Source of the DNA: Octopus vulgaris
Lineage: Eukaryota
DNA: 64,000 bases
Reading direction: 5' to 3'
NCBI GenBank assembly: GCA_951406725.2
Contig: OX597838.1
Location: 16,058,001-16,122,000, forward strand
The translations under genes were made by a program, and so were the position numbers. Position 1 is the first letter of the stretch, and each line of letters starts with the position of its first letter. Under the pieces are notes generated by a model. It worked only from the letters and a program-made list of their open reading frames with translations. It made no database searches and was not told where the DNA came from. Shown one piece after another: positions 1 through 13,302 of the stretch.

Positions 1-529
1 CAGACGCAAGCACACAATGTTACACATTTAAGAAGGAAATAAAACTGTTTGATTTGATAGGATAATTTAAACCTTGAAGAAGTATAGACTTTTAAAATTG
101 AAGAAGTATGGACAATTTAAAATTGAAGAAGTATGAACGGCATGAAGAATACCAATAATAGAAACTTATCTTTTGCTAACATTGTGGGTGACAGGGAAGT
201 ACTGGATATAAATCAGATCCCAAGAAATGGAAAATATGAACTGGATGCGTTGCAAGAGTGGATGCATCTTTGCTCGACAATTTCATACAGGGAAGAGCAA
301 GAAGGAAAGTGGCATAGCTGTTGTATCAAAAAAGTGTGTGAAGATTTTTATATATCCTCGAAGGAGGAGCTAGTAAGATTGCTGTCCTCCGCGTAGCTGA
401 GGGGACAGTCCCTCGTCTGTTAGAAAATATATGAAAGTATGCGTAAGGTCCTTAAAATTTAGGGCGATGCGAGACGACAGATAGCTCGTTCGTAACATGT
501 CTGCTAAAAGGATGGTGCAACATTAAGTA

Positions 530-670
530 TAAGGTTGTCCCAAAAGTTCGTAGAAAGTCTTGGAAAATAATGGTCTTTATTTTGAGGAATAATTTTTGTT
601 GTTTTTGTTAGTACTTGGCGAGTAAAAATTCAATTTTCGCAAGTGTTTACGAACTTTTGGGACAACCTAA
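530..670. mobile_element. Tc1/mariner MITE (~141 bp)
   Basis: 23-bp TIRs t(a/t)aggttgtcccaaaagttcgta (22/23 identical) flanked by TA. A solo right end also occurs at ~8992-9022. Confidence 0.85.
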
Positions 671-1393
671 TATATATGGCAGGTCTTCAATTTGAGGATG
701 GCTTTTTCCCCTTCACACACCACTCATTGAAGCGTCGAAAGTGGTCATCAGTACCGTTCTTCATCATCTGATGCAAGCGTTAAAAATGGACTCAATATTT
801 GGAAGGAAGTTACAGTTAATACTTTAACGGTACTCAGTTATTGGCTACGAAAATGAGTTATATTCAGAACGGAAAATACTGCCATAAATTTAATCCGTGA
901 TTTGACCTTTTTCCTGCATCCAATTCTCTTTCCGAATAACCATAATGATTTCTAACTTCCACGCAATGCCGCAAACTTTAAGGAACGACAGTGCATTAAT
1001 AAATATCTTTATTTATTTGACGACTGTTTTATTGTATCCATCCCAGAAGGAGGAAAAGCAAAGTCAACCTTAGCGGAAATGGAAATATCAATGTAAAGGG
1101 AGGTGTCTGAATACCACAAAAATATATTATTCGATTCTGCTTATCTACTAGTATTAGTATGAAGACCGAAAAAAGTATCACTTACTACTTCCCGCTCTGT
1201 TTGTGACCTTTGAACCTCGCTTCAGTTGTGCACGTCGAAGGAAAGCCATGTAGTTGGGGTTATCGATGGCGGCATTTCGTTCCAAGATTCCATATAGGGC
1301 CCTCTGTCAACAAAATAGTTCATAATAATGATAATAATGACAATAATAAAAACAACAACAACAATGATAATAATAATAATAATGATAATAATA

Positions 1394-1606
1394 ATCCTTT
1401 CTACAATAGGCACAAGGCCAAAAATTTGGAGGAGGGGTATAGTCGATTACGTCGACCCCAGTGTTTCACTGGTACTCAATTTATCGACACCGAAAGGATA
1501 AAAGGCAAGATGGGCTTCGGCAGAATTTGAACACAGAACGTAGCGACGGGTTAGATACCGCTAAGCATTTCGACCGGCGTGCTAACGATTCTGCCAGTTC
1601 ACTGCC

Positions 1607-1669
<63 letters not shown>

Positions 1670-2425
1670 CTACTGAATAATAATAATAATAATAATGGTT
1701 TCAAATTTTGCCACAAGGGCAACCATTTTGGGATGTGTCGATTAAATTGACCCCAGTGTTCAACTGGTACTTATTTTATCGATCCCGAAAGGATAAAAGG
1801 TAAAGTCGACCTCGGCGGAGTTTGTACTCAGAACGTAGCAGCAGGCGAAATGCCGCTAAGCATTTCGCCTGGGGTGCTAACGATTCTGCCAGCTCACCGC
1901 CTTAATAATAATAATTATTATTATTATAATAAACATCTGTGAGTGTGTATGTGTGTGGGTGGGTGGGTTTGTGTGGGGATGGGGATGGCAAAGAGAAATA
2001 ATAAAAAAATGTAGCAAAAGCAAGTCAAGTTACGTTCAGGATCAAAGTTATTAGCCTGACTCTAAGAGAAATGAAAAGAATTAATTGTTCTGAAGATTTC
2101 GGATATTCATTCTCCTTCTTCAAAATAGTGAGTAGAGCGGAAAGAGAAAAAGAAAGATTACGAAAACCACGAATAAACAAATAATAATAATAATAATGAT
2201 AATAATAATAATAATTATTATTATTATTATTTCTACTGGAGGCACGAGGTCTCTAATTTGTGGGGCGGGGAATAGTCGACTACATCGACCCCAGTGTTTC
2301 TCTGGTACTTAGTTTATCTACCCCGAAAGGATGAAAAGCAAAGTCGACCTCGGCGGAATTTGAACTCAGAACGTTGCGATGGGCGAAATACCGCTAACCA
2401 TTTCGTCCAGCGTGTTAATAATTCT
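1394..2425 (-). mobile_element. Three head-to-tail family A SINEs separated by (TAA)n
   Basis: Copies at ~1394-1608, 1697-1903 and 2231-2425 share the same core in reverse orientation. Confidence 0.85.
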
Positions 2426-2457
2426 AATAATAATAATCATAATAATAATAATAATAA

Positions 2458-3070
2458 GGTCACCATGGATAGAACTTGGCTTCATCAGTATGATCCCCAA
2501 ACCAAGCAACAATTAATGGAGCGCTGCCACAGCGATTCACCTGCGTCCCAAGAAGTTTCAGATCCAGAAGTGGCTTCAGTGTTGTGGGACAAAGACAGAC
2601 TAATCCTCATAAAGCACCTGGCAAAGGGTTGCACCATCAACGCTGAATACCCCCATATTCTCTGTTGGACGAACTGCGAGAAGTTTTGAAGCAGAAACAC
2701 CGTGGAAAGTTAAGCCGTTGTGTCCAGATTTTGTAGGACAATTCCCCAGTACACACAGCACATGAAAGTCTGCGGAAAATACGCGACTTTGGCTTCGAAT
2801 TGGTAGACCACCCACCCATCTTACTCTCCTGACTTGGCCCCTTTCGAGTATCACCTCTTTCCACAACTGAAGAAGCATCTCAAGGGAACGAAGTTTCACT
2901 ACAGTTCGTAAGTGATCACTGGTACAGGGGCTTGGCTGGAGACCCAAGGTTCCGAGTTCTTTTTACAGGACTTAGAAAAACTGAAGGACCACTGCAACAT
3001 GGGTGTGAATCTGAGAGGGGAACATTTTGAATAAAATCATAACTAACTGATCCTCCTATATTTTCTCTCG
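2458..3070 (+). mobile_element. Decayed mariner transposase, catalytic region
   Basis: VTMDRTWLHQYDPQTKQQ, ASVLWD, KGCTINAEY, DNSPVH and YSPDLAP-x-EYHLFPQLKKHL across frameshifts. Confidence 0.9.
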
Positions 3071-3167
3071 TTGGCTCAATTATATGATTAGTGTAATCAA
3101 TGTACTGACCAAAGATATTTTAATGAAATGCATTTCACCAGTACTGCTTGTGAACTAAATCTAGTCA

Positions 3168-3410
3168 TTACGGAGATGTACTTGCATAGCAAGTGATTTG
3201 ATCTGAGATCGTGTGCTGAAACGAAAACAATTGCAGCGTGGAAGGTGTTTGTAAGCCATTTAAGAAACACACAAAATCCGTGCTGCACGGATTTTCGCGG
3301 TCTTAAAGCGACGAAAATATTTTGACAAATTAAACTTAAATGTTGAAGTGAATCGAACGGCTTTTGTGTGTTTTTTAAATGGCTTACAAACACCTTCCAC
3401 GCTGCAATTG
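3168..3410. mobile_element. Fold-back element with 55-bp inverted arms
   Basis: Arms 3227-3281 and 3357-3411 are 53/55 complementary. A 12-bp direct repeat taaatctagtca lies at 3156-3167 and 3411-3422. Confidence 0.7.
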
Positions 3411-4737
3411 TAAATCTAGTCAAAAGAAGAGGAATCTGAAATTTTAATCAATTAAGATGATTTTTAAAAATTTAATTCATTAAGTTCTTCCTTGTATTTT
3501 CAACTTATGATTACGCCATAGGGCTACCATTTGGACATGCAACACTTTTGACCCCAACAGAACGGATGAAGAAGAACCCCACCCAGGACTGGTAATTTAT
3601 TTATCGACCCTCGAAAGTATAAAACACAAAGTTATTCTCGATGGAATTTGAACTCAGCGTGCAGAAAGCCCGAACGAAACACCAAAAGGTAAAAAAAAAA
3701 GCATTATTTCCTTTGCTAATTCGCTGCCTTACTGCATTAAGTATGTTCGCACCGACTTTACCATTTCGTTTCCACTCATATCATGTCCCTGGGTAACCTT
3801 GTCTCGTCATTAGATCATTCATAATTGATGACTGTGTTTATGGGAACGATGTCACACAACTTTGTCATAGCATAGCAAAAGAAAAAAAAAAAGAGAGAGA
3901 GAGTCAACAAACACAATAAAGTGAGATGTTGAAATAATGATTTGTTATCGATTCTACTTTGATAGTTTGATACTGAATCATGTAAGTCGTGTTATAGCAA
4001 GAGGTCACTGTTTCGAAATAGGCATAATGTCAATCCCTGTAAATGTTACTTGGCAATGGTTATTATAAATCCTATTTTAGTTCCGTATTTCTACGTCTTA
4101 AGCTTAAGTCCCGCGGGGTGCAAATTTGTATATACGAACGTGAGTGTGTATAATTTATTTGTGTGTGTGTTCCTTCTTCCCTTCTTTCCTGAGCGTCCAA
4201 TAATACTTTATTTGTTCCACGTCCTTGCGTTGTTGTTTTTTTTTTTAATTGTTTTCTTGTTTGGATTAACTATATATATATATATATAATAAATGCGAAA
4301 ACTAATTTCTGTGTGTCAGTGTGTCACATTTTGCCCCTCCTCCCACCTCTCACATCATTCAGTGACACCTCTATTCCTCATGCTAGGAGAGAAATCGTAG
4401 GTATAGAGATGGTGAGGGCGGTGGCGAAGACAGAGAAAGAAAGAAAAAGAGAGGGAGAGAAAGAGGGACGAAGAAATTTAGGGAGAGTTGATGATGTTTT
4501 TGTGTTGACGGTGGCAGTGGGAGTAACAATAAGAGAGAGAGAGAGAGAGAGAGAGCATGTGAGAGAAAGAGGGAGATGATGTACAATTTTGTTTACCCAT
4601 GTCTCCTTGACAGAAATTCCTGTCGCCAACATACAGAACACTGAACCAACATACTGAACACTTTTACACACACATTTAGCCTTTTGCTTTCATTTTTCGC
4701 TTTCTTTAATACATACACACACATACACACATATATA

Positions 4738-5130
4738 TACTCTTTTACTCTTTTACTTGTTTCAGTCATTTGACTGCGGCCATGCTGGAGCACCGCCTTT
4801 AGTCGAGCAAATCGACCCCAGGACTTATTCATTGTAAGCCTAGTACTTATTCTATCGGGCTCCTTTTACCGAACCGCTGGGTTACGGGGTTACGGGGACG
4901 TAAACACATCAGCATCGGTTGTCAAGCGATGTTGGGGGGACAAACACACACACGCATATATATATATATACATATATATGACAGGCTTCTTTCAGTTTCC
5001 GTCTACCAAATCCACTCACAAGGCTTTGGTCGGCCGAGGCTACAGTAGAAGGCACTTGCCCAAGGTGCCACGCAGTGGGACTGAACCCGGAACCATGTGG
5101 CTCTTAAGCAAGCAACTTACCACACAGCCC
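4738..5130 (-). mobile_element. tRNA-derived SINE family B (CORE-like accttgggcaagt, internal microsatellite)
   Basis: tRNA-like head (gggttcagtccc) and tail ccagcatggccgcagtc...gactgaaacaagtaaaaga. Other copies at ~6278-6500(-), 8680-8977(+), 25153-25310(+), 27648-27748(-), 56795-56945(+), 57060-57140(-). Confidence 0.85.
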
Positions 5131-5189
5131 TCCTATTTTTTGTACATATATATATACAAAATACACTTTAATTGAAATAAAGTTTCCCC

Positions 5190-5262
<73 letters not shown>

Positions 5263-5312
5263 GTAATAAATGTGGATGTCAGCGTGTCACACTTTTTCAA
5301 CTTTAATAAATC

Positions 5313-5522
5313 CTTCCTACTGGAAACACATCGCCTCAAATTTGGAGGGAAGGGATTAAGTCGATTACATCGACCCTAGTACGTAACTGGTACTAATTTT
5401 ATCTACCCTGAAAGGATGATAGGCAAAGTCGAACTCGGTGGAATTCGAACTCAATATCTAACTGCAGACGAAATACCGTCAAGCATTTCACCCGGTGGGC
5501 TAACGATTCTGCCACCTTGCTT
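5313..5522 (-). mobile_element. Family A SINE
   Basis: Same core. Further reverse copies at ~3550-3730 and ~15020-15225. Confidence 0.8.
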
Positions 5523-5549
5523 AATATTATATAATAATATAATATAACA

Positions 5550-6086
5550 CAATATAATAAGTGTGAATGTTAGTGTGTCAGTGTGTCACACTTTTTCAAC
5601 TTTACTCCTACAGGCCGTAGCCCAACATATTCCATTTTGGAAACAGGCTGACCCCGTGAGTAAATAAAAAGCATTTCGGGCGGAATCCGGACCCACAATC
5701 CTGAAATCTTGGATTCCCAAGTTTTCATTACTCTAATTGTTTTCGGTGATTTCTTTACGTGACTTTTTGCGACAAATTTTTTTGTAAGATAACAATTTTT
5801 ATAATCTAAAGGCTAACTCCGTGAGTAAATTAAGACCATTCCGGAACGAATCCGGACCTGCAATCCCGAAATTTTGGATTAACTATGTTTTCATTGCTGC
5901 GATCATTTTGGGCGATTTCTTTACATGATTTTTTTTTTTGCGACGGATACGACCATCATTGGGATATGACTCTGGAGGAAGCAATTGCAACAAATTCTCT
6001 AAAACAAAGTCAGAAATCTGTTTGCAGATCTTCCCATTCAGGGTCAGTTGCTTAAAAGCCGCCCGATAGGACGGCTTTTAAGCGAG
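5550..6086 (+). mobile_element. Non-autonomous Helitron-like element
   Basis: Subterminal hairpin 6051-6082 followed by CGAG|T (CTRR-like end), an internal ~165-bp tandem duplication, and a 5' motif repeated at ~4285-4330 and ~5258-5305. Confidence 0.6.
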
Positions 6087-6089
6087 TAC

Positions 6090-6250
<161 letters not shown>

Positions 6251-6506
6251 GATAGATAGAGAGAGAGATGTGAATTTCCTTTTATCTTTTACTTGTTTCA
6301 GCCACTAGACTGCGGCCATGCTGGGCCACTGCCTTGAAGAATTTCTAGTGCAATGAATCAACCCCAGTAATTAATTTTTAAGGCGTTAAGATACTTACTC
6401 TATCGTTCTCTTTTTGCCGAACCACTAAGTTACGGGGACGTAAACACATCAACACCAGTTGTCACGCGGTGATGGAGGACAAACGTAGACACAAAGACAC
6501 ATACAC

Positions 6507-6567
<61 letters not shown>

Positions 6568-6603
6568 CATACATACATACATGCATACATATACACACAT
6601 ACA

Positions 6604-7498
6604 TATTTTGGGCCATAAATAATGCGTTTTCTTCTCAATTACATGAACTAAAAGTCGGAGGGGAACGGGATAAACTACCTGCATTAACTTGCTATAAAAG
6701 CAGATGGTAAAATTTCCTTGTTCTTATTCTCAGTGCAAGTTTTAAAGAGTGCTGTTCGATTTTAACAGTTATTTTTTCAAACGTATAATGAAAGTGACAA
6801 AGGAGCATATTCCACATATTTTGTCGTATGAGTTCAAAGGCAACCACGCAACGGAAAGTGCGAGGGATATTAATGCAGTATATGGGGGTCGGGCAATAAG
6901 CGTAAGCCAGCGTCAACGGTGGTTCCAGAAATTCCGAGCCGGAAACCACAGCTTAAAAGACGAACCTCGTCCTGGAAGATCTGTAGAACGCGACGAGGAC
7001 GTCCTGCAAAGCTTGACGGAAGAAAATCCTATCGTAACTATTGAGGACCTAGCAAAGAAGCCTGAATTTGGATATTCAACCAGTTATTTAAGTCAGCGCT
7101 AGAAGAAAAAACGACCATCTTTGGTCTCAAGATGAAAGCTGTTTTTTCATCAGCTGGGCCACATACAGTGAGGATGACATTCCAAAGGCTGGAGCAGTTT
7201 GAATGCGAAACGATGCCCCACGCACCATATTCGCCGGACATTTCCCCATTTGATTATCATTTATTCCGCTGTCTTCAAAATCATTTGGATGGAAAAAATA
7301 TGAATTCTGTAAACGAGGGCAAAACAGTACTGGAGGAGTATTTTTCGTCACAGACAAGTGTATTTTGGAAGAGTAGGCCTTGCAAGTCTACCAAATAGAT
7401 GGAAGAGCATTGTAGGAAATGAAGGAGATTATATTTTAGATTTAAAACATAACTTTGTTTATCTTAATTTTGAAAAGTAAAAGAAGTATAAAAAACCG
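6604..7498 (+). mobile_element. Internally deleted mariner element
   Basis: HTH region (HILSYEF...QRWFQKFRAGNHSLKDEPRPGR) joined to the C-terminal HAPYSPDISPFDYHLF motif, with most of the DDD core missing. Confidence 0.9.
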
Positions 7499-7671
7499 TG
7501 CGTGTGTAGGAAAAATCTCAAGATGTAACTTAAGTAAAAAAAATGCCCGCGGCTTAAATATATTTTACTCTGATATTAAGTATCGAATAGTTTTCCAAGT
7601 TGAATGTTTGTCTCCAACGAACACAAACGCACATATACATTCACAGAAATGCACGCATATGCGCGCGCGGT

Positions 7672-8370
7672 GTATGTATGTATGTATGTATGTATGTATG
7701 TATGTATGTATGTATGTATGTATGTATGTATGTATGTATGTATGTATGTGTGTATGTATGTATGTATCTATGTATGTATGTATGTATGTATGTATGTATG
7801 TATGTATGTATGTATGTGTGTGTGTATGTATGTATGTGTGTATGCATACATATGTGTGTGTATGTGTGTGTGTGTGTAAATGTATAATTACATTACATGT
7901 ATGTGTGTATATGTAGGTATGTATATTTTTGTGTCTGTGTGTATATAAACATGAAAGCAGCATCAATTAGTGAATTGGTCAAGGGAGAACGACAACTTTA
8001 GCGAAAGGTCACGAGTTTTGTGGGTCTTTAAGATAGAGAATCTAATTGAACACGTCTGGCGTCTGAACGTGGCGGTGAAGGTGGTGGTGGTGGTGGTGGT
8101 GGTGACGGTGGCGTTTGGTGTTGCTGGTGGTGGTGGTGGCGGCGATGGTAGTGGTGGCGGTGGTGGTGGTGGTGGTGGTGGTGGTGGTGGTGGTGGTTGT
8201 TGATAGTGTGTGTGTGTGTGTGTCTGTGTATAGGTGGAGGTGTGGTTCTGTTAGTGGTAGTGGTAATTGTACAATATGTGATGGTGGCGGTGACAGTAAA
8301 AGGGTGGTGCTAGCTTTGGTTTTGTTAGTGGTAGTACCGGTGGCGGTGGCGATGATGGTGGCGGTGGTGG
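7672..8370. repeat. (GTAT)n and (GGT)n microsatellites
   Basis: Directly visible at 7672-7876 and 8070-8370. Confidence 0.9.
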
Positions 8371-9399
8371 TAGTAATCGTCGTCGTGTAACGGCAACCAT
8401 TTAGTGGCAGTACTAACGATGGCATTGTTGTTGTTGTTGTTGTTGCTTATCTCCAGTTCAGTCCTGTCCAACCGGACCTATGTAGAACCGAAACGTTCCG
8501 ACCGTGACCATCTCATTGTCTTTCTAGATCTATGACAGTTTTGATCTATTGACAGAATTGCTTTCAAGACAATCTCGTATGATGTAAGAGAGATTTAGCA
8601 GTCATTTCTAGCAGGTCGAGCGACTGCATAAAGGTTCTCAGATTGGCTCAGTTCATGGTATCAAAATGTTTTCGCTTTAGCCGCGGATCGACCAAAGCCT
8701 TGTGAATGGACTTGGTAGACGGAAACTGAAAGAAGCCCTTCTTACACACACATACACACACACACATACAATTGTGTATGCATGTGTCTTTGTGTCAGTA
8801 TTTGTCGCCCCCAACATCGCTTGACAACCAATGTTGGTGTGTTTACGTACCCGTAACTTAGCGATTCGGCAAATAGACCGATAGAATATGTATCAGGTTT
8901 TAAAAACAAATAAGTACTTGGGTCAATACTTTCGACCAAGGATTCTTCAAGGCGGTGCCCCAGCATGGCTGCAGTCATGCTTCCGACCGTGAGTGTTTAC
9001 GAACTTTTGGGACAACCTAATATATATTGGCGGCTTTGCCCCACGAGCGAGCGAAGATATACAAAAGTGGTATGTCTACTTCAATTGCTGGCTTGCTGAT
9101 GCCTGACGAGTCCGATTCGGGATAAATATTGATTGTAGTGTCCTTGTTTTTCTCCTATTTTTTTTTTGTCTGGAAAGATTGTGGTTTCGATTCCTGGACC
9201 GGGTGACGCGTTGTGTTCTTGAGCAAAACACTTCATTTCACGTTGCTCCAGTCCACTCAGCTGGCAAAAATGAGTAACGCTGCGATGGACTGGCGTCCCG
9301 TCCAGCTGGGGAACACATACGCCATTGAAACCGGGAAACTAGGCCCATGAGCCTGGCTAGGTTTTAAAAGGGCGCATTTATTTATTATTTTATATATCA

Positions 9400-10035
9400 C
9401 ATCACGGGAAAATATGACAGTATTTGTGGCAGATCCAGCTGGTTTCCTTGAACGTTTCTTAACGCTTCTTCACTTTGAACCACAGACAAAGAGACAATCC
9501 ATGTAGTGAAAACCCCTCTCCTCACCTGTTCCAAAGAAGGCCATGGTCGTTTCATCTACTGTGAAGACGATGGCCTCAGATTTTTGAGATGTAAAAGCAT
9601 TGTGTTTATTAACTATCTTCAAAAAGGCCACGCCATCAATGCTGAGGCAGATACGAAAACTGACGAAAGGGGTCTTGTTTCATCAGGACAATGCTCTAGC
9701 ACACGAGTCCTTGGTCTCAGTGGCTACTGTATGTGACTGAAGCTTTTAACTGGGTGATCACCCTCCCTATTCTCCCTGTCATCTGTTCCCCAGCATGAAA
9801 AAAATCACCTGGCTGGGAACCAGTATCTCAGTGGTACCGACGTCATATCTGCTGATTATGACTTTTTTTGGAGCAACAGGATGAAAGTTCCTTCACCGAT
9901 GGGATCTCGGCACTGCAACACCGATAGAAGAAGTGTATGCATTGCGAGGGGAACTGTGCTGAAAAATAATCTCATTCGGTCACATTTCATTAGAGCATCT
10001 TTGTCAGCTTTTGAACTTTTCGGCCGACACGCGTA
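9400..10035 (+). mobile_element. Decayed mariner transposase 3' half
   Basis: FEPQTKRQSM, SSPVPKKA, INYLQKGHAINA, HQDNA and DHPPYSP with stops and frameshifts; TIR-like end before (CA)n. Confidence 0.85.
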
Positions 10036-10036
10036 T

Positions 10037-10123
<87 letters not shown>

Positions 10124-10345
10124 TACACTCATACATTTATATACAAGCATGTTAGTGTGTGTGCGAGTGCGCGCTAATTGTCTGTCCTCCCTTGCATTCA
10201 TCGTACCTGAATGCAAAGGATAACAATGGCTAGATAATTAAATATGTATATATGTAAATACATACACTCACACTTTCATTTCTACATACATACATACATA
10301 CATATACATGAGATAAAAGTTCAAGTCATAAATTAATCCCATGTG

Positions 10346-10346
<1 letters not shown>

Positions 10347-10411
<65 letters not shown>

Positions 10412-10444
10412 GTATATGTATATATATATATGTATATGTATATA

Positions 10445-10536
<92 letters not shown>

Positions 10537-10568
10537 GTATATATATATTGTATATATATATATTATAT

Positions 10569-10599
<31 letters not shown>

Positions 10600-10600
10600 G

Positions 10601-10631
<31 letters not shown>

Positions 10632-10682
10632 GTATATATAGGTGTGTGCATACACAAAACATATATGTATGTATATATATAC
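10347..10682. repeat. Imperfect (AT)n microsatellite
   Basis: Directly visible. Similar arrays at 5196-5260, 6089-6245, 26410-26549, 28015-28325 and 31786-32271. Confidence 0.95.
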
Positions 10683-10798
10683 ACACATAATCATACATAC
10701 ATATATACTTACAAAATGTGTTTATATATGTGTGTGTATGTGTAGTGAGAGAGAGAGAATGGAGAGGGAGGGAGGAAAAGCTACAAAAAACCTAATAT

Positions 10799-10829
<31 letters not shown>

Positions 10830-11055
10830 GAAGAACAAAGGAAGAGACAAGCTCAGTGAGATAGACTAGTGCTACTGAGTCAAAAATAAGACGGTGAGAG
10901 AAATAGACAACAAGAGAGATAAGGAGAGAGAGAGAGAGAGATATAGATAAGGAGATAGAGAGAGATAAGGAGAGAGAGAGAGAAGGAAGGGGAGAGAGAA
11001 AGAGAAAATGAGAGAGAGAACGAGAGAGAGACGTGGGAAAGGTGTTTGTACTTAC

Positions 11056-11181
11056 TTTGACCAAAAGGTCTTCCGGTTCCGCGAAATCTGTTTGAATGGG
11101 TGAAGTCCTCACAAGGGTTGACATACAAAGTATGAGGGCCAAGATTGTATTGACAAGGGTTAACGATTTTGGTGACTGCAT
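11056..11181 (-). CDS. First coding exon of a secreted precursor (neuropeptide/peptide-hormone-like): MQSPKSLTLVNTILALILCMSTLVRTSPIQTDFAEPEDLLVK
   Basis: ATG in A-rich context, hydrophobic h-region, likely cleavage at VRT|SP, acidic pro-segment, consensus donor AAA|gtaagt (phase 0), and an upstream acceptor cluster at 11251-11260. Confidence 0.7.
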
Positions 11182-13238
11182 TATGTTGCTGTTTTTCTTC
11201 TTGAAACGGTACTGGAGTTGGTCGCAGTGGCGCTGAGAGCTGTGAGCTATCTCTGCTGCTTGATATTTCGATTTAGAGGCAAGTTTTTGAAAATCAGAAA
11301 CAAGAAAAAATTATATATATAAATATAGATATATGCACATAGATATGCATACATACATACATACATATATACATATATATATATACATATTCACACGCAC
11401 AAAGGTTCAGAATTTATAACGGGAATAACAACAGAGACACCAAAGTGAAAACGATATCAATGTAAGATTAAGAAAGTAGTGATGCCTTTGACGTTTCGAG
11501 TCTAAGCTCTTCACCAGAAAGTTAGATAGGAGAAAGAAGTTTAAAGAGAAAACGAAAAAAATCATTTCTTTTGCCCATAATCATATATATAGATTCAAGT
11601 GAGTGTGTGTTTGAGAGAGAGAGAGAGAGAGTGTGTGTGAGTGAGCATGTCTGATAAGAAGGCATGTGGTTGGGAAGCAAGCTTCTTACCACGCGGTCAC
11701 ACCTGCGCCTGTTGTTCAAAAAATTATTGAAAATATTCATTTTCGCCGATAGATCCTGACTTTACATATACACACATACAGACACACACACACACTTATA
11801 ATTATATGTGTTCACACACGCTTTATAAATTTCTTGATGTAAAATGGTGACTTGATGGAAATGTTCTTGTACATTGGAAGAAATATTTTTGCCAACAAAA
11901 TTACACGCACTGGTTTTATTTTCCATTTTGTTTACAAACATCACTTTAACTAATTTTCTGATTAACTAGTAAACTGTCTACACATCAGCTTAACTGTCCC
12001 TTGAAGTTTATACAGCTATAAATAATAGTTTGTAATATAGTAAAACGTTAAGTTGGGTATCACACACACGCGCGGCGCACAGACACACACGTTATATGCA
12101 TACACACACACATCGACATGGCCACCGTTAAACCGGAACCCGTTAAGCCGGACATTGCTTAAGCCGGATGTAATTAGTTAAGAAATTGATTGCGAGTTTT
12201 AACTCCTACCGCCATCTTTGAGTATCAGTGTTTGTAAATCGAATATTCTTTTGTGCTAGTTGAGAGCCCTGCAGTCACAAAAGATAGCCAATTCGTTAAA
12301 AATACGAAGCTCAGTCAATAATATAATTATGGATCGTTGATAGAAAAATAATTTCTCTGTCCACTGTTATGTAATTTTGTAACAGTTAATCTAAGCTAGT
12401 CTTAAACACCTCAATTATTTGTACTATACTATGGTACTGGAATAATGGTAGGACAACAGAAGTGTGATAAAAATAAAGTGAACGACATTTCACCGGCACA
12501 CATCGTATTTATCGTTCACTTTTACACTCCTCTCAGAAATAAATTCTTTCTTACAAACACTCCCAAATTGACTTGCCTTTAATTGCACACTATATGATTT
12601 CATTCATTCCTCATCTCCTTGCTCTTCTCTGGCTACGTTCCACTTGTTGCATGTATATGACTTGCAGTTTTGCTCACCTTACTCTAATAAACACTACATT
12701 TCTTTGTATCATTGGAAACATCTACTGAATCATATTCTCTTTATAATAATTTCGATCTTGTAGTATTATGATATAATGTGGTATTAGTTTGTTTTCAAAT
12801 ATAAAAATACACAATGATAAGACAAAGAGTAAGTCAGATCAAACTGGTTGTTATTTTTTTTTGAGTTAGAAATGTATTATATATATATAATTACCGCATG
12901 GGTAATGTATTATATATATATATAATTATTATATAAATTATATATAAAATGTATTATATATATATAATTACCGCATAGGTAATCGTCGCCCGTGTAGGTC
13001 TGATAAATTGCATCGATGACAAATGTTGCTGATGATTTATAGATATATATGTGAGTATAATTTGCATTATATTGATAAAGAAACAATTGTACAACATTAA
13101 TCCACTTTTTAGTTGTATTTCGCTTTCCTTACGTTGAGGGTAGTGCTATTTCTATGTGGAGGTATCGTCGGCGATTATACCGGAGGAGCTATTTCTAGCA
13201 CTAGAGTTAACCTATTTAACGTTAACTCTCTTATATTT

Positions 13239-13302
<64 letters not shown>

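Noticed and set aside
133-396. 87-aa plus-strand ORF
   Set aside because: No recognisable domain or splice context. SFANIV hints at a retroelement ORF1 fragment but cannot be supported.
348-416. Minus-strand acceptor giving TRDCPLSYAEDSNLTSSSFEDI* as exon 2 of the peptide gene
   Set aside because: Phase-compatible, but it has no dibasic or amidation sites and no independent support.
4597-4650. Possible small minus-strand exon ending at a gtaaac donor (EFLSRRHG)
   Set aside because: Weak polypyrimidine tract and no identifiable continuation.
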